A stretch of 64,000 bases of DNA from an uncultured Acidobacteriaceae bacterium (lineage in GTDB: Bacteria; Acidobacteriota; Terriglobia; Terriglobales; Acidobacteriaceae), in the NCBI GenBank assembly GCA_963835725.1, contig CAWIGM010000003.1, forward strand, positions 116,487-180,486. Direction: 5' to 3'. A program made the translations under genes and the position numbers. Positions 17,871 through 25,636 of this stretch are shown piece by piece. Position 1 is the stretch's first letter. Every line of letters begins with the position of its first letter. Below the pieces are notes generated by a model. It worked only from the letters and a program-made list of their open reading frames with translations. It did not search any database and had not been told where the DNA came from.

Positions 17871-18679
17871 TGCGCGCTCTCGATGCCAATGTTGTTCTTC
17901 ACCCACTCGTTGTCCTGCTGCAGGATGGCGTAGTCCTTGCGCAGCGGGTGGCCCTTCCAGTCCTCGGGCATCAGGATGCGTTTGAGTTCCGGGTGCTCGT
18001 CGAACGTGATGCCGAACATGTCGAAGACCTCGCGCTCAAGCCAATTGGCTGTCGGCCAGATACTGACGGCGCTGCGCAGGTGATCGCCGTCCTTGATCTG
18101 CGTTTTAATCCGAATGCGTTCGTTCTTATGGAAGGAGTACAGGACGTAGACGATGTCGAACTGTGCTTCGCGCTTGGGATAGTGAACGGCAGTGACGTCG
18201 ACGCAGTAGTCGAACTGCTCGTCGTCGCGCATACGCAGCAGAATCTCGTAGGCAAGCGTGCTATCGACGACGAGGTAGTTCTGCCGGGCGTAGGTGCTGG
18301 CCTCGCGGAGGCCGGAGCCGTATTGCGCCTCCAGGCTGCTGACCAGGTCGCAATTCCACGGCTCCGGCTTGGGAGCTTCGGGTTTCGGTGCCGGTTTTGC
18401 AGGAGCGGCCGCAGGTTTTGCCGCGGCAGCTGCGGCCGGAGCGGCAGGTTTCGCGGGCGCTGCAGCGGACTTCACGGCAGCCGCTTCAACGGGCTTGGAG
18501 GCAGCCGCGGCCGGTTTGTCGCCGGTCAAAGGAGGTGCGACTGCCTGAACTGGTTGTGCTTCTGCTGCCGGTGCGGGCTTCGTCTCGGGAGCAGCCACCG
18601 CTGACGACGCTGGCGCTGAAGCTGCCGGGGCGGAGTCTTCGAGCGAGACCGGATTTGGCTCTTTCGTTTCCTCTGACAT
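17867..18679 (-). CDS. nuoC: NADH-quinone oxidoreductase subunit C with a ~115-aa Ala/Pro/Lys-rich N-terminal extension
   Basis: The C-terminal 150 aa hold the NuoC/30-kDa core ([51 protein letters not shown]). The start is uncertain, either ATG 18679 or GTG 18766. Confidence 0.85.
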   Translation of the reverse strand: MSEETKEPNPVSLEDSAPAASAPASSAVAAPETKPAPAAEAQPVQAVAPPLTGDKPAAAASKPVEAAAVKSAAAPAKPAAPAAAAAAKPAAAPAKPAPKPEAPKPEPWNCDLVSSLEAQYGSGLREASTYARQNYLVVDSTLAYEILLRMRDDEQFDYCVDVTAVHYPKREAQFDIVYVLYSFHKNERIRIKTQIKDGDHLRSAVSIWPTANWLEREVFDMFGITFDEHPELKRILMPEDWKGHPLRKDYAILQQDNEWVKNNIGIESAQ

Positions 18680-18969
18680 GTCTATTTCTTCACTGGGAAC
18701 TGCTACCCCGTCTGGAAGTTTCAGTTGTACAGCGAAGGGGCTGCGGGAAGCTTGTACGCGAGTCACTTCACGATGTGATGGCGGTCACATTAGGGCTTGG
18801 AAGTGCAACATTCGGGGGAGAAGAGAAATGCCTGCGGCCTAATTTGCCGGCGGCGAGCTTGTCTTCCGCGTACCGGCGCTCATTAACGTTTTCCCAGAAT
18901 TCCGGCCCATAAAGTGCCCGATCCAATCTGCCGATGAACCTTTACGAGTAATTCCTTCAGGAGGAGTTC

Positions 18970-20781
18970 GTGACCGACCCGCGCAAGCAGCTTGCCATTA
19001 CCCGCAGAGATTTCGTGAAGACGGTAGGGATTGGAATGAGTGCCTTACAGGGGCTGGGCGTCGGCGCCGGTGTGCTCGAACTCGCCAGCTGCGGCAGTCC
19101 AGCCAATCCGCCGGCTCCGCAGATCGTTTGGTGGCCAATCGCAACCCAGGTGTATACGACGGCACAACAGCAGGTTTGTCCGGTAGCCCTCAGCCCTTCT
19201 GTCCGTCAGCTGCAACCGGGCGATGTCGCGCTTTACGCGCAATACAATTACAGCGGGTGGACACTGGGCGGCCCACTGCAGCACATCGTGCGCAACGATC
19301 TTGCCCCAGGTTATACGGGAGCGCCCAATGCGGCGCGACTGCTGTACTACTTCTCGATTTCCGACATTCATATCGCCGACAAGGAGTCGCCGGCGCAGCC
19401 GATCTACATCGGCTGGAAGGCGCCGTATGGTCCCGCGTCGAGTGGTCAGTCGTCAGCCTATTCGCCAATCCTGCTTTCGACGCCGCAGGTGCTCGACGCT
19501 GCCATCCAGACCATCAACGCCCTGCACAAGGCTATGCCCTTTGATTTCGGCATGTCGCTGGGAGACGCCTGCAACAACACGCAATACAACGAGCTGCGCT
19601 GGTTCCTCGACACCATAGATGGGAAGGTAATCACGCCCAGTTCGGGCGGGCATCTGGGGGCGTCAACCATCGATTATCAGCGCCCGTTCCAGGCCGGCGG
19701 ACTCGATCCATCCCTGCTCTGGTATCAGGTGATGGGCAACCACGATCAGTTCTGGATGGGCTGTGCCTTCGAGAATGAGAAGACGCAGAGCGCACACGTC
19801 GGCGACACCATTATCGACATCGGCAACAATGGCGACCCGCCGCCGGTATCGATCGATCAGACTGGCGCGTACATGGGCGTGATCAACGGCTTGACCCCTT
19901 ACGGCGATATGTGGGGCGGCGGCCCCGAGGCTGACTTTAAGACGCCGCCGAAAGTTGTGGCCGATTCAAACCGGCACTCGCTGGCGACCACCGAGTCCAC
20001 CACGGTCAACTGGATGACCGAGTTCTTCAATACCACAACCAAGCCGGAGGGGCACGGCTTCAGTCAGGACAACCTGAAGAGCGGCATGGCCTGTTACAGC
20101 TTTGTGCCAAAGTCCGACATTCCGATCAGGATCATCGTTCTGGACGACACGGTGAAAGGTCCGGGACAGGCCAATTATGCTGCAGGCGCGCTCGACGACG
20201 CTCGGTATCAGTGGCTAGTGGATGAGTTGCAGGCAGGACAGGCAGCCAACCAGTTGATGATCATTGCGGCCCACGTGCCCATCCTGCCGCAGAACAGCCT
20301 TACCGACACGACACCATTTCCCATGTGGCCGGGCCCGGAATACACCGACGACTACGTGCTCAACACCCTGCACCAGTATCCCAATCTCATCCTGTGGATG
20401 GCGGGACATCGTCATGTAAATGTCGTAACCCCGCAACCGGACCGCAGTGGCGATCCAACGTTGGCGTTCTGGGAGGTTGAAACTTGTTCGTTGCGCGACC
20501 ATCCGCAGCAGTTCCGAACGTTCGACATTCGCCGTAACAGCGATAACACGGTGTCGATCATCATCACCAATGTCGACCCTGCGGTCGTGTCTAATTCGCC
20601 GGCATACAAGTCGCGTGGTTACGCTCTGGGGGCGTTTCGGATTTTCGGTGCGACCCCGGAGATCATCGCCGATACGACCTCGCACTCCTACAACGCCGAG
20701 TTGGTGGTGCAGCTGACGCCGGTCATGCAGGCGGTAATTTCACAGGCGGGAACCGGGCTGTCGGCCTTCTCGACGCGGTGA
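18970..20781 (+). CDS. Tat-signal metallophosphoesterase (calcineurin-like; resembles the TIGR03767/TIGR03768 type)
   Basis: GGAGGAG SD, then GTG. Twin-arginine motif TRRDFVK. Phosphoesterase motifs ISDIHIAD, GDACNN, MGNHDQFW, AAHVP and GHRHVN. Confidence 0.75.
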   Translation: MTDPRKQLAITRRDFVKTVGIGMSALQGLGVGAGVLELASCGSPANPPAPQIVWWPIATQVYTTAQQQVCPVALSPSVRQLQPGDVALYAQYNYSGWTLGGPLQHIVRNDLAPGYTGAPNAARLLYYFSISDIHIADKESPAQPIYIGWKAPYGPASSGQSSAYSPILLSTPQVLDAAIQTINALHKAMPFDFGMSLGDACNNTQYNELRWFLDTIDGKVITPSSGGHLGASTIDYQRPFQAGGLDPSLLWYQVMGNHDQFWMGCAFENEKTQSAHVGDTIIDIGNNGDPPPVSIDQTGAYMGVINGLTPYGDMWGGGPEADFKTPPKVVADSNRHSLATTESTTVNWMTEFFNTTTKPEGHGFSQDNLKSGMACYSFVPKSDIPIRIIVLDDTVKGPGQANYAAGALDDARYQWLVDELQAGQAANQLMIIAAHVPILPQNSLTDTTPFPMWPGPEYTDDYVLNTLHQYPNLILWMAGHRHVNVVTPQPDRSGDPTLAFWEVETCSLRDHPQQFRTFDIRRNSDNTVSIIITNVDPAVVSNSPAYKSRGYALGAFRIFGATPEIIADTTSHSYNAELVVQLTPVMQAVISQAGTGLSAFSTR

Positions 20782-20982
20782 GAGGACCGTGGGGATCAAT
20801 AAGGAGTTGGCATCGCGAACGAGGAAAGGGATCGGCTGTTCGTACGCAGGGCAGGCCAGGCGTCACGCAGTCGTGATCTTCCTGCCCCGATATGAATCTT
20901 CAATTTCGCAGGGAACTTGCGTCGAGTGGCGAAAAGCAGATCCCTCACTCGCTCGTGATGACAATATCGGGGACTCCAGGAC

Positions 20983-21096
20983 AAGCTCGGATAGTGCGGC
21001 ACTTCGTTGCCTTGTCGGACAAAGCTCGGATGGCGGCGCTTCAGCGCTTTGTCGGGGAAACGCTTGGGTAGTGCGGCGCTTCAGCGCCGCGTTAAG
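20983..21096. repeat. Array of three ~37-bp REP units (left flank of the RAYT)
   Basis: Units end in hairpins gcggcacttcgttgcc, ggcggcgcttcagcgc and gcggcgcttcagcgccgc. The last 26 nt (21066-21091) are a perfect inverted copy of 21593-21618. Confidence 0.85.
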
Positions 21097-21576
21097 GTTC
21101 CATCCTCATATTGAGGCTTTAGCCTCGCGGGTACCTCGTCCAGACGTACTAAGGTTTTGGCCGAGGAATGCCGGTAATCCTCGGCGGCCGCGACCAGATG
21201 CCGGCGCACTGGATTCTCGTGGATATACGCCCTGATTCGTTCGTATTCTGCATCGTCACGAACCCGATGCTCGTAGTAGCTGGGCTGCCACACCGCTTTC
21301 AGCTTCAAAGGTCGCGTGAGAAAATCCGCCCTTGATCAACTGCATGGCGCGGCCGATTGAGTGATCGTCGTCGATCGTCAACAACAGATGCATGTGATTT
21401 GGCATGATCACGAATTCGTGCAAATCAAATTCACCCTTGTCACGATTGCGGACGATGGTTGCCAGCAACAGATCGGCGGTTTCGGTTCGTTGGAACAGGT
21501 TCTGATGCGTATACGCCGATGCGGTGACGAAATAGGTTTTGGTCATAAGGTACTTGGGGGCTAAAGCCCTGGTCAT
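21081..21576 (-). pseudogene. REP-associated tyrosine transposase (RAYT / IS200-like, Y1 HUH), frameshifted near 21295-21320
   Basis: ORF 21256..21576 carries HUH (IMPNHMHLLL). ORF 21081..21308, in the next frame, carries the catalytic-Tyr region VWQPSYYEHRVRDDAEYERIRAYIHENPV. Likely start is MTKTYFV at 21546. The 3' end reads into a REP hairpin. Confidence 0.8.
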
Positions 21577-21592
21577 GGGAGGGTCATCTTGA

Positions 21593-21755
21593 CGCGGCGC
21601 TGAAGCGCCGCACTACCCGAACAAAACAATCATGGCGCGGGCCTGAAAGTCCGGCACAACCCGAACAAACCGATCCTGGGGCAGACCTGAAGCCCCGCAC
21701 TACCAGAGCAAATACAATCTTTGCGCATGCCTGAAGTGCCACACGAGGCGAACGT
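21593..21755. repeat. Array of four ~41-43-bp REP units (right flank of the RAYT), inverted relative to the left array
   Basis: Hairpins gcggcgctgaagcgccgc, ggcctgaaagtccggc, gcagacctgaagccccgc and gcatgcctgaagtgccac are each followed by ac(t/a)acc(c/a)ga-like tails. Confidence 0.85.
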
Positions 21756-21763
21756 AGTTGGTT

Positions 21764-21798
21764 TAGCTGACGGCTGACGGCCGATAGCTGACAGCTTC
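21764..21798. repeat. Heptamer tandem repeat directly 3' of the nuoA stop
   Basis: tagctga cggctga cggccga tagctga cagcttc, ending 2 nt before the nuoA stop codon (21801-21803). Confidence 0.85.
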
Positions 21799-21800
21799 TC

Positions 21801-22157
21801 CTACACCCACTCCAGTGCGCCTTTTTTCCAGATCCAGATGTATCCCACGATGAGGATGCCGAGAAAGATCATCATCTCCAGCAAACCGAACAGCCCGAGC
21901 AGCTTGAACTGCACCGCCCAGGGGAACAGGAAGATGGTCTCGACGTCGAACACAACAAAGAGAATGGCCACGATGTAGAAGCGCACTGTGTAACGCCCGC
22001 GCGCGTTGTCGAAGGGCGTGATGCCGCACTCGTAGGGCATCAGCTTCGTGGTGGAGGGATTCTTCGGACGTAGCAGGGTGAAGATCGCCAGGGTTCCGGC
22101 GGCAACGAGAAAAGCAACAAAAGCAAAGATGAAAATCGGTACGTAATTCTGCGGCAT
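21801..22157 (-). CDS. nuoA: NADH-quinone oxidoreductase subunit A
   Basis: 118-aa, 3-TM ORF with PYECGI and FDVETIFLFPWA, which are NuoA/ND3 motifs. Confidence 0.85.
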   Translation of the reverse strand: MPQNYVPIFIFAFVAFLVAAGTLAIFTLLRPKNPSTTKLMPYECGITPFDNARGRYTVRFYIVAILFVVFDVETIFLFPWAVQFKLLGLFGLLEMMIFLGILIVGYIWIWKKGALEWV

Positions 22158-22299
22158 ACGCGTCTTTCGGGGCCATACAAGACGGCCCAGTATGACTAAG
22201 GCGTCACTATACCGCTGCGGATAAACGAGCTGCTATGACGTACGTCACAAATGCCGCAGTTCGCCCTTCGCCTTTTCCCCGGTGCTGTTCGCCAGACGT

Positions 22300-22874
22300 T
22301 CAAAGCATTCTTCCGTTCAGTAAGCCCGTCACTGCTTGCGCTAACAGAATTCCACCCACCACAACCAGTCCCGCGTAAACGTACTTCAGAAATGTATCGC
22401 CGCGCATGCGATGGTTGACAATTCGGCCCAGCGGAATAGCCGGAATCACGACAACCAGCGACAGCAGGTAGTAGTGCGTCACAGCCGGAGTCCATAGCCC
22501 TTTCAGCCAGTATCCGGCCATACCCAGTACGCTGGCCGGCAGGAAATATCCTTGGAACGTGGCGCGAAAATGCTGGGCTGACCACCGTCTCGTCGATGCC
22601 GAAGACTGTCGCTGCCATCAACCATCCCATGCTGCGTACGTGGATCTTGCGCCAATCCTGGGCAACAACAACCAGCGCGATAGTGATTGAGACCAGCACA
22701 GCCAGCGGAGCGGCCACTTCCAGACGCAAGGTCAAAGCTAGCAGAGGAACAGCAATTTAGGGTCTCGCGAAATTTGAAGGCCGATCGAATCAGCGTTGCG
22801 AGGAACACTACTACGAGGACATGGGTATTTGTGGCATTCAACAGGCCGGTAATGCTGTGAACAAAAGGCCCCAC
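22300..22874 (-). pseudogene. Decayed TSUP/DUF81 (TauE/SafE-type) permease
   Basis: Three frames carry consecutive TSUP pieces: ...VVVFLATLIRSAF...; IAVPLLALTLRLEVAAPLAVLVSITIALVVVAQDWRKIHVRSMGWLMAATVFGI; and RRWSAQHFRATFQGYFLPASVLGMAGYWLKGLWTP...AQAVTGLL. There is a 1-nt insertion at the TTT run 22756-22758. A junction at ~22585-22600 skips the central ~70-80 aa expected in this family. Confidence 0.6.
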
Positions 22875-23000
22875 ACCAACATTTTCTTATATCCCGCGCA
22901 GCTTCCGACTGGTCACACCCGGGACAGAACACCGTTACTCAACTGATCGCCGATGATTTTTGCAGGGTAGAAAAGGAGAAGTGTTACCCTTCTGCGTTGC

Positions 23001-23642
23001 ATGAACACGTTACTGAAGAAACTGAAGAAGCCTCACGAGCCGCGGTGGCCCGCCTTCGTGGCGATGGGCGCCGATGCTCTCATCCACTACGCCTTGCCGG
23101 AGCGCCTTTCCGTGGGCCCGCGCTGGCTGCTGTTCGCCGTAATCTTCGTTCTGCTCATCCCCATCGTCTTCTCTTACCATCGGGGGCGCTATGACATCAC
23201 CAAGATCCTCACCTTCGCTGCGCTGGGAGTGATCACCCTGGCGCTGATGGGATCGCTGGGACTACTCATCGAGGGACTGCCGCACCACAAGGATCCGCCA
23301 AACACGCTGCTTCGATCGGCATCGCTGCTCTGGCTGACCAATGTGATCGTCTTCGCGCTGTGGTATTGGAAGCTTGATGCAGGTGGACCGCTCGGCCGCG
23401 AGCATCCTGAGGCGGAAAGCTCCTTCCTGTTTCCGCAGATGACCCGGCCCGACTGTATGGATGCAGGATGGTCACCGATGTTCCTGGACTACCTCTTTCT
23501 GGCCTTTAATACCAGCACGGCATTTTCTCCCACCGACACTTCTGTCCTGTCGAGGTGGGCCAAAGTACTGATGATGCTGCAGTCTCTGATTTCGCTGACC
23601 GTGATCGCGCTTTTGGCGGCACGTGCCGTCAATATTCTTTGA
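23001..23642 (+). CDS. DUF1345 family membrane protein
   Basis: 213-aa ORF. Pattern PRWPAF...YWKLDAGGP...FLFPQ...W.P.FLDYLFLAFNTSTAFSPTDT...ARAVNIL matches my recollection of DUF1345. Confidence 0.6.
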   Translation: MNTLLKKLKKPHEPRWPAFVAMGADALIHYALPERLSVGPRWLLFAVIFVLLIPIVFSYHRGRYDITKILTFAALGVITLALMGSLGLLIEGLPHHKDPPNTLLRSASLLWLTNVIVFALWYWKLDAGGPLGREHPEAESSFLFPQMTRPDCMDAGWSPMFLDYLFLAFNTSTAFSPTDTSVLSRWAKVLMMLQSLISLTVIALLAARAVNIL

Positions 23643-23671
23643 GCGTACAATTCGTCAGCGGGTGCACGGGA

Positions 23672-23932
23672 ATGAAGCTTTGGGTCCGAATCACGATCTT
23701 CACGATCGGTGCAGCCATCCTCTTCTTCAGCTGGCACAAGGCGCACAACCAGATGGTGAATCTGCAGACTCCGAGTTCCGCCGGCAACGTTGGTTCGGCT
23801 GAAGTTTTGGTCGTTATCGGCGGCTTCGTAATGCTGATGGCGTTCGCCCCGTCTCAGCAGTCGCTGGGTCGCTGGATGGCGTTGAAGAAACCCAAGAAGG
23901 CTCGAGCCGCACAGTTCAAGCGTCGACGGTAA
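23672..23932 (+). CDS. Small hypothetical two-TM protein with a basic tail
   Basis: ATG-initiated 86-codon ORF, MKLWVRITIFTIGAAILFF...VIGGFVMLMAF...KKPKKARAAQFKRRR. No recognisable family and a weak SD. Confidence 0.35.
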   Translation: MKLWVRITIFTIGAAILFFSWHKAHNQMVNLQTPSSAGNVGSAEVLVVIGGFVMLMAFAPSQQSLGRWMALKKPKKARAAQFKRRR

Positions 23933-23950
23933 CGTTGCAGACGGCGGCGA

Positions 23951-25597
23951 TCAGGCCGTAGCTTCTGAAGCCAAGGCCAGTTCGCTTTCGCGCAAGTCCA
24001 ACTCCCGTTCAAGTTGCCGCAGTATCTCATCGCTGATGCGCCCCTCATTGCGCAACGCCACGGCCGTGTCCCGCTCGGTTCGAAGCAGCTCCAGATTCAG
24101 ATTCAGGGCTCGACCATATTCGGAGACGTTGGCGTCCGCCTTCTCCTTGCCTTCCAAGACAGCCAGCCGATGCTGGTAGTGTTGCTGCACGTCGTCATAG
24201 ATGGGTGCAAATTCGGGCGAGTCGCTTCCGCGCGCGTCCGCAAGGCGTTGCAGTGCAGCGCGGGTTACGATCCGTCTCGCCTCTTGTGCTTCGCAATTTG
24301 GACCACTCACACCCGCCAGACCCAGGAGCCGGATGAGACGTGGAAGCGTGAGCCCCTGCAAAATCAAGGTCACCAGGATGATGCTGAAGGTGATGAAGAT
24401 GATGAGATTTCGTTGAGGAAACGGAGTTCCGTCGGCCAGCCGCTCGGGCAAGGACATTGCCGCGGCCAACGCCACGACGCCGCGCATTCCCGTCCAGCCA
24501 ATCACAAAGGTCTGCCGGGCACTGGGCATGGTGTAGTGCTGATGCAGGAGGTAGCGGCGAATCCAAAATGCAATGCGTGCTCCGGGAAAGAGCCACACCA
24601 CACGCAGCACAATCACCAGCGCGCTGAAGAATGCTCCGTAGAGGAGCAACTCTTTCATGCTGTATGAGTGAATGCCCGACAGCACGTACGGCAGTTGCAA
24701 ACCGATCAGCACGAAAACCAGGCCATTAAGGGCGAAGGTCAGCGCGTCCCAGACCGCCCAGGCCTGCAGCCGTACCTGAGCCGAGAAGAAGCGCGCACTC
24801 CGCCGGCTGAGAAACAGGCCGCAGGCGACGACAGCGAGCACTCCCGAAGCTCGCAGAGCCTCCGCACCGAGATAGGTGCCGTACGGTATGAGAATGCTGA
24901 CTGCAATCTCGATTGGTCCATCGTCTATATAGTTTTCAAACCAGTCGACCGCTTTGCCGACCACAAGTCCGACAGCGATTCCTCCGACCACAAGGTAAAC
25001 CAATCGCCCCACCGCCTCGGGGGCGGTCGGCGTATACGAACGCGTGACCATGGCGAGCCCGAACTCCAGCGCCACCAGCCCGCTGGCGTCGTTGACCAGG
25101 CTCTCGCCTTCCAGAAGGTCGACCATGCGTTGCGGCAAGGCGAGCTTGCGTGCGATCGAAGTAGCAGCAATGGCATCGGTGGTCGAGACCACGGCTCCTA
25201 AGACAATGCCTAACTGCCAGGTGAAGTCGTGGAATACCGCGTGCGCCACGCCGGCCACGCCAAGCACGGTGAAGGCCACGAGCCCGAATGCCAGCATGCC
25301 GATACTGACCAGGTTGAAGCGGAACTCGCGCCAGGAGGTGAGCCATGCCGCTGAATACAGCAGGGGCGGCAGAACGATGAGGAAAATGACGTCTGGGTCG
25401 AGAGTTATCTTGGGGATGCCGGGAATGAAGCTGAGGACCAGGCCTGCGATGACCAGCACAATCGGATAAGGTATCTGAAGCTTACGGGCCAGCGCGGCGA
25501 AAACCGCCACGAAGGCCAGCAGCAACAGAAACACCATTTCGACTGCGTGGATTCCGCTTCCGTGCATGCTCACCCCGTTGGCAAAACGATAACGCAA
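23951..25597 (-). CDS. Na+/H+ antiporter, CPA1 (NhaP-type) with a C-terminal cytoplasmic coiled-coil domain
   Basis: ~12-TM N-terminal domain with VSTTDAIAA and LLEGESLVNDASGLV motifs. An alternative ATG start lies at 25567. Confidence 0.8.
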   Translation of the reverse strand: MRYRFANGVSMHGSGIHAVEMVFLLLLAFVAVFAALARKLQIPYPIVLVIAGLVLSFIPGIPKITLDPDVIFLIVLPPLLYSAAWLTSWREFRFNLVSIGMLAFGLVAFTVLGVAGVAHAVFHDFTWQLGIVLGAVVSTTDAIAATSIARKLALPQRMVDLLEGESLVNDASGLVALEFGLAMVTRSYTPTAPEAVGRLVYLVVGGIAVGLVVGKAVDWFENYIDDGPIEIAVSILIPYGTYLGAEALRASGVLAVVACGLFLSRRSARFFSAQVRLQAWAVWDALTFALNGLVFVLIGLQLPYVLSGIHSYSMKELLLYGAFFSALVIVLRVVWLFPGARIAFWIRRYLLHQHYTMPSARQTFVIGWTGMRGVVALAAAMSLPERLADGTPFPQRNLIIFITFSIILVTLILQGLTLPRLIRLLGLAGVSGPNCEAQEARRIVTRAALQRLADARGSDSPEFAPIYDDVQQHYQHRLAVLEGKEKADANVSEYGRALNLNLELLRTERDTAVALRNEGRISDEILRQLERELDLRESELALASEATA

Positions 25598-25636
25598 AGC
25601 GGGGTGTTTCGTCGCGGATTTCGATTGAGTCGGGAG

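Noticed and set aside
17870-18604. 244-aa plus-strand ORF and Ala/Gly-rich ORFs (18294..18548, 18388..18912) opposite nuoC
   Set aside because: They are the antisense image of the nuoC core and of its Ala/Pro-rich tract (GCN and CCN codons read backwards).
18767-18969. Search for a nuoB remnant between nuoC and the phosphoesterase gene
   Set aside because: All six frames were read by eye. No CxxC...CP-type NuoB Fe-S motifs or other NuoB-like stretches are present. The segment is too short for nuoB anyway.
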